A stretch of 64,000 nt of DNA from Pirellulales bacterium (GTDB lineage Bacteria; Planctomycetota; Planctomycetia; Pirellulales; UBA1268), in contig JADHSL010000005.1 of the NCBI GenBank assembly GCA_016776925.1, forward strand, positions 11,916-75,915. Reading direction: 5' to 3'. Of this stretch, positions 41,708 through 51,231 are shown piece by piece (position 1 is the first letter of the stretch; each line of letters opens with the position of its first letter). The position numbers and the translations under genes were made by a program. The notes beneath the pieces were generated by a model. That model had not been told where the DNA came from and made no database searches. It was given only the letters and a program-made list of their open reading frames with translations.

Positions 41708-43174
41708 GTGTACCTGGTGACCGCCGTGAGTGAAGACACTGCCAATCAATCTACTACACGCCCTTCTGCATATTCACTCGATGCAAGTCTTGGCTGTATT
41801 AGTATCGGAATTGCAACAGCCAGCTTTATTCACATGCTCTCCTTTCCGTGGTGGATGAGCATGATCACCGGACAGCTCCTTCTGGCCGCAACCTTACTTC
41901 TTTTGTTTTTTCCACGATCTATTCTTGTCCTCTGTCTTTTTCTTCTCTCCAGTCTCACGTTCTGGTTCCAAAGACTTCCCTTTGTGCCAAATCATATTTT
42001 TTTTGAAATGCTCATACATGCCTCCATGATAGGTACGGTTCTTGCCGTCACTGCATGCAATTGGAAGAAACGCCTACCGTCTGTCGAACTTCGTGCAGCC
42101 ATTTATGAGCAGATGCGCCCTGTCATAATGAGTTCCTTGATCATCATGTATCTCTTCACTGTGCTGCATAAGTTGAATTGGGACTTTCTCAACCCTGCGG
42201 TCAGTTGTGCTGTATCCATGCACAAAGAGCTTGCTGCATCAGTGCCCATCATTCCATCAAGCGAATGGACACAGTGGCCGACCATCATCGGGACGCTTCT
42301 CATTGAGCTTGCCATTCCAATTGGCCTCTGGTGGCGCACAACACGGGTTGCCACTGTCATTCTTGGGCTTCTCTTCCACTGGTTTCTTGCACTTCACCCA
42401 CATGGAGGCATCTATAGCTTTTCCCACCTGCTCTACGCGCTGTATACCGTTTTTCTTTTTTCATCTCACGACAATCCATTTCAGGTCTGGCAACGAATGC
42501 CGAAGTTCGGTGTTCTTGCCGCAAAGTTAGCTGCCGTATTCATCTTTGGACTTGCCTGCTTTTTGCAGATTCGTGCATATCGAACTGGTGGCAGTTTTTT
42601 TACTGCCAATGCTATTGGGTTTTATGCATGGCTTCTATTCGCTTTGTGGCTGACAGCCACATACGCGCCGATGCTCCGTAAGGCTGGCTGGCGAAGTGCA
42701 CCGGTACCTATGGTTCGCCCTTTGCGAATCCTCTGGATATTCCCAGCTCTCGTTTTCTTCAATGGGTACTGCCCGTACCTCAGCCTCAAAACAACAACAG
42801 CTTTTTCGATGTTCGCAAACATACGAACCGAAGGAACCGGAAACAATCATCTCTTCATGCATCGGCTGAAACTTTTTGGATATCAGGATGATCTTGTTGA
42901 GGTTCTTGGATCGAATGACCGGCAACTGCAACAATACGTGAAGACGAAGGACCTTCTCACCTGGTTCGAACTTCGAAGGATCACCTCTTCCCGGAAGCGG
43001 GAAAACCTTTTTGTAGAATACAAGCGGTCGAAAGATCCTGAGGATATTCTTTTCAAAAAGAAAGGTGCGCCGAAAGACGCTGAACTCTTAAAGCCACATC
43101 CTTGGTACCTCTCACGATTTCTTGTTTTTCGTGCGATCGGTAGACTCGACAAACCAATGCCGTGCAGACACTAG
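41708..43174 (+). CDS. HTTM-like (vitamin K-dependent carboxylase N-terminal-like) multi-TM protein
   Basis: About 10 TMs, PNH, HKLNWDFLNPAVSC, IEL.IP, FH, FSMFANIRTEG..NHLF. Family assignment from recall only. Confidence 0.6.
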   Translation: MYLVTAVSEDTANQSTTRPSAYSLDASLGCISIGIATASFIHMLSFPWWMSMITGQLLLAATLLLLFFPRSILVLCLFLLSSLTFWFQRLPFVPNHIFFEMLIHASMIGTVLAVTACNWKKRLPSVELRAAIYEQMRPVIMSSLIIMYLFTVLHKLNWDFLNPAVSCAVSMHKELAASVPIIPSSEWTQWPTIIGTLLIELAIPIGLWWRTTRVATVILGLLFHWFLALHPHGGIYSFSHLLYALYTVFLFSSHDNPFQVWQRMPKFGVLAAKLAAVFIFGLACFLQIRAYRTGGSFFTANAIGFYAWLLFALWLTATYAPMLRKAGWRSAPVPMVRPLRILWIFPALVFFNGYCPYLSLKTTTAFSMFANIRTEGTGNNHLFMHRLKLFGYQDDLVEVLGSNDRQLQQYVKTKDLLTWFELRRITSSRKRENLFVEYKRSKDPEDILFKKKGAPKDAELLKPHPWYLSRFLVFRAIGRLDKPMPCRH

Positions 43175-43196
43175 CACGTTACCTTTAAAAAGAATC

Positions 43197-45035
43197 ATGC
43201 CTGAACCTACTTCATCGAAAACAATTGCTCGCAGACATGATCTTGATGCCCTTCGGGCCGTCGCAATGCTTCTTGGCATCGTGCTTCATGGATTAATGCC
43301 ATTCATGCCTGGGTTATCTGTGATTCGTGACACACAAACAGCGGGATGGGTATGGATTCTCTTTCTTGGTATTCATGGTGTTCGGATGCCGTTGTTCTTT
43401 CTTGTCAGTGGTTTTTTTACTGCCATGCTTTGGCACAAACGTGGCGTACAAAGCATGCTCCGGCAACGAAGCGTGCGAATTCTTTTGCCATGTCTTCTTG
43501 GCACTGTCACTATTGTTCCGCTCGATACTTATGTCGGCCGGTGGGCTACCAATTACGGCAAGAGAATTGCAGAGAAGAAGCAGTCGGCTGAAAGCAAGGA
43601 AAAGCCAGACAACCTCTACGATGCAATTCGCCGCAGTGACTTTTTGACGGTGAAGTCGTTTCTGGACAAAAAGAAGGTTGGTATCAACACTCCTGATCCA
43701 GAGTTCAAAATGCCACCACTCCACATTGCTGCACTCTACGGTAAAACCAAAGTGGCTGAACTTCTTTTGAATCGCGGCGCGAACGTTCAACAACGAGACG
43801 ATGGGAATCGTACAGCACTACATGGTGCCGCCTTCCTTGGTCGCGTGGGTGTTGTCAGGCTCTTACTGGATCGCGGCATCGATGTCAGTGTTCGGGGAGA
43901 TGATGATGATACAGCGATGGATTCAACAAATGCGGACTGGGAGATGACTCAGGGTATCGCTTCTTGGCTGAGAGTACCGGAGCTCGACCAGAAACGGGTT
44001 GAATCGGGCCGGGAACGTGTACGAAATCTTCTTCGTGAGGCTGGAACACCTTCTCAGCAGGACTCATCAAATTCAGAAAATAGTGTTGATACTTCTCAGG
44101 AAAAAGACGCTGGCACCCTTCAACAATCTCGTTTCAAGCAGACTCTTGAGGCCATTCGTTCCGGATACGCCGGCTGGCTCAAATCGGACCGGTTTCAAAC
44201 AGCTTTCAAAAAGAGCGATAAAAAAGAATCACGTGATCAAGGTATCTTTGGAAATCTCAAACCTCGTCATCTGATCTTTTCACGTGTGTTTGATCACCTC
44301 TGGTTCCTATGGTTTTTATGTTGGCTTATTCCCTTATTTGTCTGTGCCGAGTCACTCCTTCGCTGCTTTGGAATTTCCGTTGAAAAGCAATGGCCTTTTC
44401 GGCTCAATGCATCCATCTGGTGGATGGTTCCAGTCACACTTCTTCCACAACTACTCATGGGTACGATGACACCCAGAATGCACTTTGGACCGGATACAAG
44501 TCTTGGGCTTCTTCCACAGCCTCATCTTCTTGTGTACTACGCCATCTTCTTTGGGTTCGGCATGTCGGTATTCATCTCGGGTGAAAAAGCTGAAAGGCTT
44601 GGTCGTTGGTGGCCCTGGCATCTTCTTGGAGCTTGTCTTTGTTTTCCTGCCGCCCTCGCCACCATGGCCAATCCAGTCGTCACTGCAGTTCCACAGATAC
44701 TTTTTGCATGGTTGATGTGTTTTGGATTCATTGGAATGTTCCGAAGATGGTTCTCAGCGGAAAGTAGAGTCATGCGCTATGTTTCTGACTCGTCCTACTG
44801 GCTCTATCTGATGCACATCCCCCTTGTGATCACACTCGCATGCTTGATGCAAACATGGAAGCTTCCAATCTTTCTAAAGCTCAGCATGATCTGTACGGGT
44901 ACAACATTGATTCTGCTTGTGACCTATCAACTGTTTGTTCGATATACATGGATTGGACGTATGCTCCACGGGCCGCGAGACAGGGGAGATCGTATTCATA
45001 GACATCGAGAATCAATGCCTGGCACGTCTGCCTGA
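43197..45035 (+). CDS. Acyltransferase-3 (OpgC/MdoC-like) with internal ankyrin repeats
   Basis: RRHDLDALRAVAMLLGIVLH, RMPLFFLVSGFF, HLWFL, SSYWLYLMH; ankyrin motifs PPLHIAALYG and TALHGAAFLG. Confidence 0.88.
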   Translation: MPEPTSSKTIARRHDLDALRAVAMLLGIVLHGLMPFMPGLSVIRDTQTAGWVWILFLGIHGVRMPLFFLVSGFFTAMLWHKRGVQSMLRQRSVRILLPCLLGTVTIVPLDTYVGRWATNYGKRIAEKKQSAESKEKPDNLYDAIRRSDFLTVKSFLDKKKVGINTPDPEFKMPPLHIAALYGKTKVAELLLNRGANVQQRDDGNRTALHGAAFLGRVGVVRLLLDRGIDVSVRGDDDDTAMDSTNADWEMTQGIASWLRVPELDQKRVESGRERVRNLLREAGTPSQQDSSNSENSVDTSQEKDAGTLQQSRFKQTLEAIRSGYAGWLKSDRFQTAFKKSDKKESRDQGIFGNLKPRHLIFSRVFDHLWFLWFLCWLIPLFVCAESLLRCFGISVEKQWPFRLNASIWWMVPVTLLPQLLMGTMTPRMHFGPDTSLGLLPQPHLLVYYAIFFGFGMSVFISGEKAERLGRWWPWHLLGACLCFPAALATMANPVVTAVPQILFAWLMCFGFIGMFRRWFSAESRVMRYVSDSSYWLYLMHIPLVITLACLMQTWKLPIFLKLSMICTGTTLILLVTYQLFVRYTWIGRMLHGPRDRGDRIHRHRESMPGTSA

Positions 45036-45075
45036 GTTTCTTTTTGCTTCGCTTCGTAAGGTAAACGAAGGCAAG

Positions 45076-45107
45076 AAAAAACCCGCCCCAACAGATAGGG
45101 CGGGCTT
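45076..45107 (-). terminator. Rho-independent terminator of the minus-strand orphan gene
   Basis: Minus strand reads AAGCCCGCCCTATCTGTTGGGGCGGGTTTTTT: GC stem followed by a U6 tail, ~30 nt after the 45135 stop. Confidence 0.8.
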
Positions 45108-45134
45108 GATCGAGTGAATATTCTGCGCATCGCA

Positions 45135-46457
45135 CTACGCTTTGTCAGTTCCAAATGCACTCCAAACAGGAATTGGTGGCGTATATCCGGCTCTTTCACT
45201 GACGGCAGATCCTGCACCAAATGTATTCCAGGTACCATCTGTTGGAATGGGTGGTGTAAATCCTGCTTGTTCGCTTATCTGGTGACTCACGTTGGAAGCG
45301 GCACCTACTTCATCAGGAACAGGATTTATCACAGCATCGATACTAAAGGCTCGCTCCCGTGGTTTTAAGCGACTCAACATTTCAGCTTTTGTAAGGTCGT
45401 AGACACCTTCACTTGGTTTTCTGAATTCAAGTTTGCCATCACCCATAACCACATCAGGAACACCTCCCCATCCATTTTCTTCATTCGGTTGGCCATCGTC
45501 TCCACCTGTACCACTTGGTTCTTCAGGAAAAGCAAAAGTCATGTGCACCACGTTTCCATTTTCATCCAGTTCTTCCGAGACTAGTACAGGCTGAGAGGAC
45601 TCTGTTGATTCTGGTGCAGGATCGGATGAAGAACTTTCCCTTGAGTTAGATGACGTCTCTGTTGACGCCGGTGTTGAATCATCTTCGGATGACGCCGGTG
45701 TTGAATCATCTGTTGAATCTGATTGATCTTGATCATCAACAAAATCACAACCAAGTAATATGCCGGCACCAGCACCAGTTAAACCCGCACCAGCTACTCG
45801 AGCGTATGGGTGTGGGATTTTTTGCAGTGTCTGACCAACAACCACGAGACCGGCTCCAAATCCACAACCGACTGACGCCTGGCTCTGCAACCTTCTTGCG
45901 GCGGTAGATGCACCTGGGATCATTGAGCCGGCAGCGGACCAATCCCTCTGGGAGTCTCCCTGATACGTGCGTTCACCTGGACGGAAGAGACCATTACTGC
46001 CGCGACTATCCAACAAATCTCTAATTTTATCCCTATTGCCTCCAAGAATATCATTTGGGTTAAGCTCACCAGACTGATCAATGCCTGGAAATCCTGCTCG
46101 TGCACCGGGTCGACCAAGAAGGTTTTGCACACCTTTTACGAGTTCTGAAAAATCTGGGCGTATTCCCCTATCTCCAAGATGATCCATCATCTCATCAAGT
46201 GGTATTTTTCCGATGTTCACTCCAGGCTTCGCTGACTGCTCCTTTCCGCCGAGTCCACTGGCTCCTGAGTCACCGAACACTTTGGAGGCTACCTCCGTAA
46301 AAGATTGAACCGACATATCACTGGTGTGCTCGCTCTGACACTCAGTATGACCATCGGCAACCGCTGCCATGAGCTGGCGCGGTTCAAGTTGTTCGTTGTG
46401 AAGTGTGGTTGTTTGAGTTGATAGACGGCGTCTGTATTGTCTGGTAGCGGAAGTCAT
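45135..46457 (-). CDS. Hypothetical protein with planctomycete extracellular (LEPR-xLL-type) N-terminal motif
   Basis: RRRLSTQTTTLHNEQLEPRQLMAA near the start, an acidic/Ser low-complexity linker, internal repeats and its own terminator. Confidence 0.75.
   Translation of the reverse strand: MTSATRQYRRRLSTQTTTLHNEQLEPRQLMAAVADGHTECQSEHTSDMSVQSFTEVASKVFGDSGASGLGGKEQSAKPGVNIGKIPLDEMMDHLGDRGIRPDFSELVKGVQNLLGRPGARAGFPGIDQSGELNPNDILGGNRDKIRDLLDSRGSNGLFRPGERTYQGDSQRDWSAAGSMIPGASTAARRLQSQASVGCGFGAGLVVVGQTLQKIPHPYARVAGAGLTGAGAGILLGCDFVDDQDQSDSTDDSTPASSEDDSTPASTETSSNSRESSSSDPAPESTESSQPVLVSEELDENGNVVHMTFAFPEEPSGTGGDDGQPNEENGWGGVPDVVMGDGKLEFRKPSEGVYDLTKAEMLSRLKPRERAFSIDAVINPVPDEVGAASNVSHQISEQAGFTPPIPTDGTWNTFGAGSAVSERAGYTPPIPVWSAFGTDKA
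45663..45711. repeat. Intragenic tandem repeat: 22-bp identical unit with 27-nt period
   Basis: TGACGCCGGTGTTGAATCATCT at 45663-45684 and 45690-45711, encoding DDSTPAS twice. Confidence 0.85.
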
Positions 46458-46648
46458 GAGAGCACCTTGTGGGTAGAAGTCTTGGGCAATACTCCTTCCC
46501 CAACGCAGACGGCATGCCAAAGAATGAATTTAGAAAAAACACCATTATTTGCAGATGTTTTCTTACTCTTGCGCAGACTGCGTGAAAATCGCGCGTAGCA
46601 AAATGCAACAAGTCTTAGTTGCATTTTGCTACATGTAACTGTTCGTGC

Positions 46649-48094
46649 TCAGGTAAAGAGAGCCTGAATCGGTGTCGCTGGTTCAACACCTGTCAGTTTT
46701 GTATCAAGCCCCTGATACTCAACTGAGAAACGGTTGTGGTCGATTCCCAAGGAATGGAGCATCGTCGCGTGGAGATCACGCACATGCACAACGTTTTCAA
46801 CAGCGTTATAGCCAAAGTCATCAGTGGCTCCATACGTCACCCCACCACGGATACCACCTCCTGCCAGTACGGTACTAAAACCTTTGATGTGATGGTCTCG
46901 TCCAATACTTGTATCCTTCCCTTGGCCCATTGGTGTGCGGCCAAATTCACCACCAATGACAACCAGCGTTTCATCCAACAGGCCTCGACGATCAAGGTCA
47001 GTGAGTAACGCAGCAGCTGCTCGATCGGTTGGCGGACAGATCTCATTCATAAAGCGATCAATACCACCATGGTGGTCCCAATCACTGTGGTAGAGGTGCA
47101 CAAACCGCACGCCTCGCTCGATGAGTCTGCGGGCCATCAGGCAATTGGTTCCTACTGTCGCCTGACCAGGTTCTGCACCATACAACTCCAGTGTTTCCGC
47201 GGTTTCTCCTGAAAGATCTGCGAGCTGTGGCACACTTGTCTGCATTCGAAACGCAAGCTCATATTGTCGAATTCGAGTCGCAACATCTGGATCATTTATT
47301 TTCTGTAAGCGATGTTCTTCAAGAGCAGATACTGTTTGGATCACATCTCGTTGTTGTTGTACTGAAACACCAGGAGGATTTCCTACGTAGTGAACAGGTG
47401 AACCACTCGTTGAAAATTCCACACCCTGAAACTGCCCTGGAAGAAATCCTGAATGCCACTGACGAGCAGCGATCGGCTGAGGGTTCCGTCCCATTTTACT
47501 CGTCATCACAACAAAACCGGGAAGGTCATCTGCTTCACTCCCCAGCCCGTATGTCACCCACGCACCCATACTTGGTCGGCCAGAAAGAGCCGTGCCACAA
47601 TTCATAAAGGTGTGGGCTGGATCATGGTTGATCTGCTCGGTGACCATGCTCCGAATAATCGTAAACCGATCGGCAAGACTCCCCAACTGGGCAAAGTGCT
47701 CGCTGATCTCTGCACCGCACTCACCAAACCGTCGAAAGGGTTTTCGTGGACCGAGGCACAAGAGTTTCTTGCCTTGCAATTGCGCAATCGGCTGTCCTGC
47801 CGTAATACTTTCTGGCATTGGTTGACCATCTTGTTCAGATAGGACTGGTTTGTGGTCAAACGTTTCAAGATGACTTGGGCCTCCAGCCAGGCAAAGGAAA
47901 ATAACCGCTTTCGCACGAGGTGGATGATGCAGTGTTTGAATTGCCCCAAGGCTTGCCTGCTGGTGCAACCCACTTGGTGCCGCGAGGGCATCACGTGCAA
48001 GAAGGCCTGACAATGCTGCTGCACCTAGATTGAGTCCGCTTCGGGCAAGAAAGGTACGACGGTGAATATGTGATTCAAACTGCATGAAATGCAT
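46649..48094 (-). CDS. DUF1501 domain protein
   Basis: HRRTFL twin-Arg, PRAKAVIFL..AGGPSHLETFD.KP, ARRLIERGVRFV, WDHH, GEFGRTP, GRDHH, HVRDLHAT. Confidence 0.93.
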   Translation of the reverse strand: MHFMQFESHIHRRTFLARSGLNLGAAALSGLLARDALAAPSGLHQQASLGAIQTLHHPPRAKAVIFLCLAGGPSHLETFDHKPVLSEQDGQPMPESITAGQPIAQLQGKKLLCLGPRKPFRRFGECGAEISEHFAQLGSLADRFTIIRSMVTEQINHDPAHTFMNCGTALSGRPSMGAWVTYGLGSEADDLPGFVVMTSKMGRNPQPIAARQWHSGFLPGQFQGVEFSTSGSPVHYVGNPPGVSVQQQRDVIQTVSALEEHRLQKINDPDVATRIRQYELAFRMQTSVPQLADLSGETAETLELYGAEPGQATVGTNCLMARRLIERGVRFVHLYHSDWDHHGGIDRFMNEICPPTDRAAAALLTDLDRRGLLDETLVVIGGEFGRTPMGQGKDTSIGRDHHIKGFSTVLAGGGIRGGVTYGATDDFGYNAVENVVHVRDLHATMLHSLGIDHNRFSVEYQGLDTKLTGVEPATPIQALFT

Positions 48095-48163
48095 CCTGTT
48101 TTCAAAACTCGTTACTTGTTGGGGAACTCACTGCATCCGTTTTCAGTTGTCTTCTCTATTTAG

Positions 48164-50818
48164 TTAGTACCGACCAATTGTTTCGCGAAGGTTGAGCACT
48201 GCTCGTGCAGTTGCTGTCCATGCTGCATGTTCAATGGCGTCAAGCGTGTCATCCCTCGATGAAATTCCCACAGCAAGAAGTTCTCCTGCCGATTCCGGGC
48301 TTTCCTGATATTCCTGTCTGCTGTTCTGCAAAAGATTTTTCAGCTGCTTTCTCTCGAAAGTATCCGGTTTTCGCGAAACGGCATACCGCCACAATGTGGT
48401 CAGTCGGTCGTCGTCACTTTCGCTCTCATTCAAAACTCGTTCTGCAAGATTCCTCGCTGCCTCAATGAATGTTGGGTCATTCAGGAGGACAAGTGCTGCC
48501 TTTGGTGTGTTGGATCGCGGGCGTTGAGCCGTACATTCTTCTCGTGTCGGCGCATCGAATGCCATCAGTTGCGGATGGAGAAACATCCGCTGCCAATGGA
48601 CATACAGACCTCGCCGCCATTGCCGGTCATCAGTGTCTTGGTTGTATGTCCGTTGGGGAAAATTAAGATGGCGGTAATACCCTGATGGCTGATACGGATG
48701 CACACTCGGTCCGCCAAGCCTTTCAACAAGTAAGCCACTCGCAAGCAACACGGCATCTCGTACACCTTCAGCGTGATATCGCCAGCGACCCTGCCGTGCG
48801 AGGAATCTGTTTTCAGGATCATACTTAAGCATATCTTCAGTGGCATCTGATGACATCCGATAGGCTCGACTGGTCACAATGCGCCGAATGAGATGTCGCA
48901 CATCCCAGTCACTCTCAAAGAACTCCAGGGCGAGTCTGTCTAGAAGCTTTGGGTAGTCGGGTGGTTCACCCTGCCCGCCAAAATCATTTACCGAACGACA
49001 CAAGCCAGCACCGAAGAAGATTGACCAGATTCTGTTGGCGATCACTCGAGCTGTGAATTCTCCAATTCCACCGTCATCGGCTGGTGCCACCAGCCAACGC
49101 GCGAGATCCGCTCGTGTTGCACGACCATCAGTTTCAAGCGAACCAAGAAAGGCTGGTATAGCAGGCTCTACAACCTCGCCAGACTCATCCATCCAGTTTC
49201 CACGGTGCTGTACTCGAACAATACGTGGTGTCTCAAGTTGTTTTGTGATCATGAGCTTCCGCTCAAGATTTTTACGTTTCAATTCAAGTGCTTTGAGATG
49301 CTTTCGGGCCTGAAGGATTTCTGGTGGTTCGACAACACCAGACAGTTTTGTCTTTTCTGAAGACTGCGACTGGTTTTCCTTTTTTTCTTTATCGCTCCCT
49401 TCTTGAGCGGTTGCTTCTACCACTGGGAGTGGAAGGGGTGGGAGGCTTGCACGTGCCTGTTGAATTGTTGCATCAAGTGCAGAGGCTCGCTCGCGATCAA
49501 AGGGACCAACCACAGCCTGCTCAGGATCACGAGCGGTAGGAAGTGTGTTTGTTCCACCGCCACGGCCCGCGACACCCATGTGCTTCTCGTCATCGATATC
49601 AGCAAAGAACGCACCAAGTGCATAGAAATCTCGACTGGTGTACGGATCGTATTTATGGTCATGGCACTGTGCACAACCAACCGTTGCTCCTAGCCAGACT
49701 CCAGACAGGTTGCGAATCCTATCGGCCTGATAGATCGTTCGATATTCCTTGACCTGCAGCCCCCCTTCATGAGATGTCTGCAACAGTCGGTTATAGGCAC
49801 CAGCAAGAAGGCGGTCCTCAAAATGCTCGTCAGAGTTTTTCACAGAAAAATCACCGGCGATTTGCATTTCAGTAAATCGATCAAAATCTAGATTCTTTTG
49901 AAATGCTGCAATCACCCAATCGCGATAGGGCGATGCACTATGCGTTTGATCGCCGTGATACCCAACGGTATCAGCGTACCGAACCAGATCGAGCCACCAA
50001 CTTGCAAGTCGTTCGGCATGCCGAGGAGAGGCTAGCAGCCGATCGACAAGTTGTTCATATCGATCAGCTGATTTATTCGAAAGGTAGTCATCAATATCTG
50101 ATGGCGTTGGAGGAAGACCTGTGAGATCGAATGTGACTCGACGTACCAGCGTAATTGGATCAGCATCAGTTGCTGGTGAAATACCTTTCTCGTTCAACCG
50201 CTGGAAAATAAAGTGATCGATCCAATTCAAACACCATTGATCGTCAATGGTGTTTGGAACCTTGTGCTTCTCTGGAGAAACATACGCCCAGTGCGGCTGG
50301 TATTCCGCACCACCAGCTACCCAGGCACTGAGGATCTCTTTTTGATCCTGTGTCAGTACGTGATTGCTCTCTGGTGGAGGCATGATGACATCTGGGTCTG
50401 AATCCAAAATGCGTGCGACCAGTTCACTCTCTTCTGGTTTGCCAGGAACAATGGCACGCCTGCCACTTTCGAGTTCTTGAAGTGCGTTCGTACGGATATC
50501 CAGTCGCAAACCAGCCTGTCGATCATGGCTGTCCGGGCCATGACATGCAAAGCAGTGACGGCTGAGAATCGGCCGAACATCATGATTAAATGACAGTGTT
50601 TCAGGCTGCACTGCAAGGCAGGTCCCGTGAGAAACACAACCAAGGAAAAGCAGAAGTCCTAGGAAGCAAACCCTTACTGTGTTTGCTTTCCCTCGTTTTT
50701 GATGCAGAAATCCAAAATCGCCTGCACTGTAAGCAGGGATGAAAGAGCATCGTGCAATGAGCCATGTGGGCGAGGGTTCCATTGATGTAACTTCAAAGAG
50801 TTCTTTGGGAACACCCAC
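48164..50818 (-). CDS. Planctomycete cytochrome c + DUF1549/DUF1553 (PSD1-type) protein
   Basis: FNHDVRPILSRHCFACHGPD, WLDLVRYADT, CAQCHDHKYDP, ARVIANRIW, ALVLLNDP. The true start is probably downstream of 50818. Confidence 0.9.
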   Translation of the reverse strand: MGVPKELFEVTSMEPSPTWLIARCSFIPAYSAGDFGFLHQKRGKANTVRVCFLGLLLFLGCVSHGTCLAVQPETLSFNHDVRPILSRHCFACHGPDSHDRQAGLRLDIRTNALQELESGRRAIVPGKPEESELVARILDSDPDVIMPPPESNHVLTQDQKEILSAWVAGGAEYQPHWAYVSPEKHKVPNTIDDQWCLNWIDHFIFQRLNEKGISPATDADPITLVRRVTFDLTGLPPTPSDIDDYLSNKSADRYEQLVDRLLASPRHAERLASWWLDLVRYADTVGYHGDQTHSASPYRDWVIAAFQKNLDFDRFTEMQIAGDFSVKNSDEHFEDRLLAGAYNRLLQTSHEGGLQVKEYRTIYQADRIRNLSGVWLGATVGCAQCHDHKYDPYTSRDFYALGAFFADIDDEKHMGVAGRGGGTNTLPTARDPEQAVVGPFDRERASALDATIQQARASLPPLPLPVVEATAQEGSDKEKKENQSQSSEKTKLSGVVEPPEILQARKHLKALELKRKNLERKLMITKQLETPRIVRVQHRGNWMDESGEVVEPAIPAFLGSLETDGRATRADLARWLVAPADDGGIGEFTARVIANRIWSIFFGAGLCRSVNDFGGQGEPPDYPKLLDRLALEFFESDWDVRHLIRRIVTSRAYRMSSDATEDMLKYDPENRFLARQGRWRYHAEGVRDAVLLASGLLVERLGGPSVHPYQPSGYYRHLNFPQRTYNQDTDDRQWRRGLYVHWQRMFLHPQLMAFDAPTREECTAQRPRSNTPKAALVLLNDPTFIEAARNLAERVLNESESDDDRLTTLWRYAVSRKPDTFERKQLKNLLQNSRQEYQESPESAGELLAVGISSRDDTLDAIEHAAWTATARAVLNLRETIGRY

Positions 50819-51118
50819 GTCGCCGCTTGCCAGGGAAAGCCTTCAAGCGCGGATCCGAGAGGGGATCGATCAGCGGGGTCTATCAACTCTATCTTACTTA
50901 GTGACACTTTTTGAAAAAAGGCAAGGAATTCTCAGCACACGTCAGCCAGGAACAAACCAAGAAATTTTTCTCAACTGGGCCAATTAGGGCTCTTAACAAA
51001 GTCAATCTGGCCTATTTTGCCCTAGGTCCCTTCAGTCTCTTCAGCATCTGGTTCCGTCGCTTGAAAACTGCTAAAAACATAGGCTGGATGCACATACATG
51101 TCGCTAGAGAGTAGCTCG

Positions 51119-51147
51119 TTGACGCTCCTGACGTCTGACCGTAGATT
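51119..51147 (+). promoter_or_regulatory. Candidate sigma70 promoter for ppdK
   Basis: TTGACG-N17-TAGATT, about 85 nt upstream of the ATG at 51232. Confidence 0.6.
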
Positions 51148-51231
51148 TTCTGTCGTTTGATTGAAAACATGCGTTCTGAGTTGGGGCTTTCAGCTCACTC
51201 GATCCCTCACCATGAAAGGTTCCATACCCTG

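Noticed and set aside
45663-45720. CRISPR-like direct repeats
   Set aside because: Only two copies with a 5-nt spacer, in frame within a CDS, and no cas genes.
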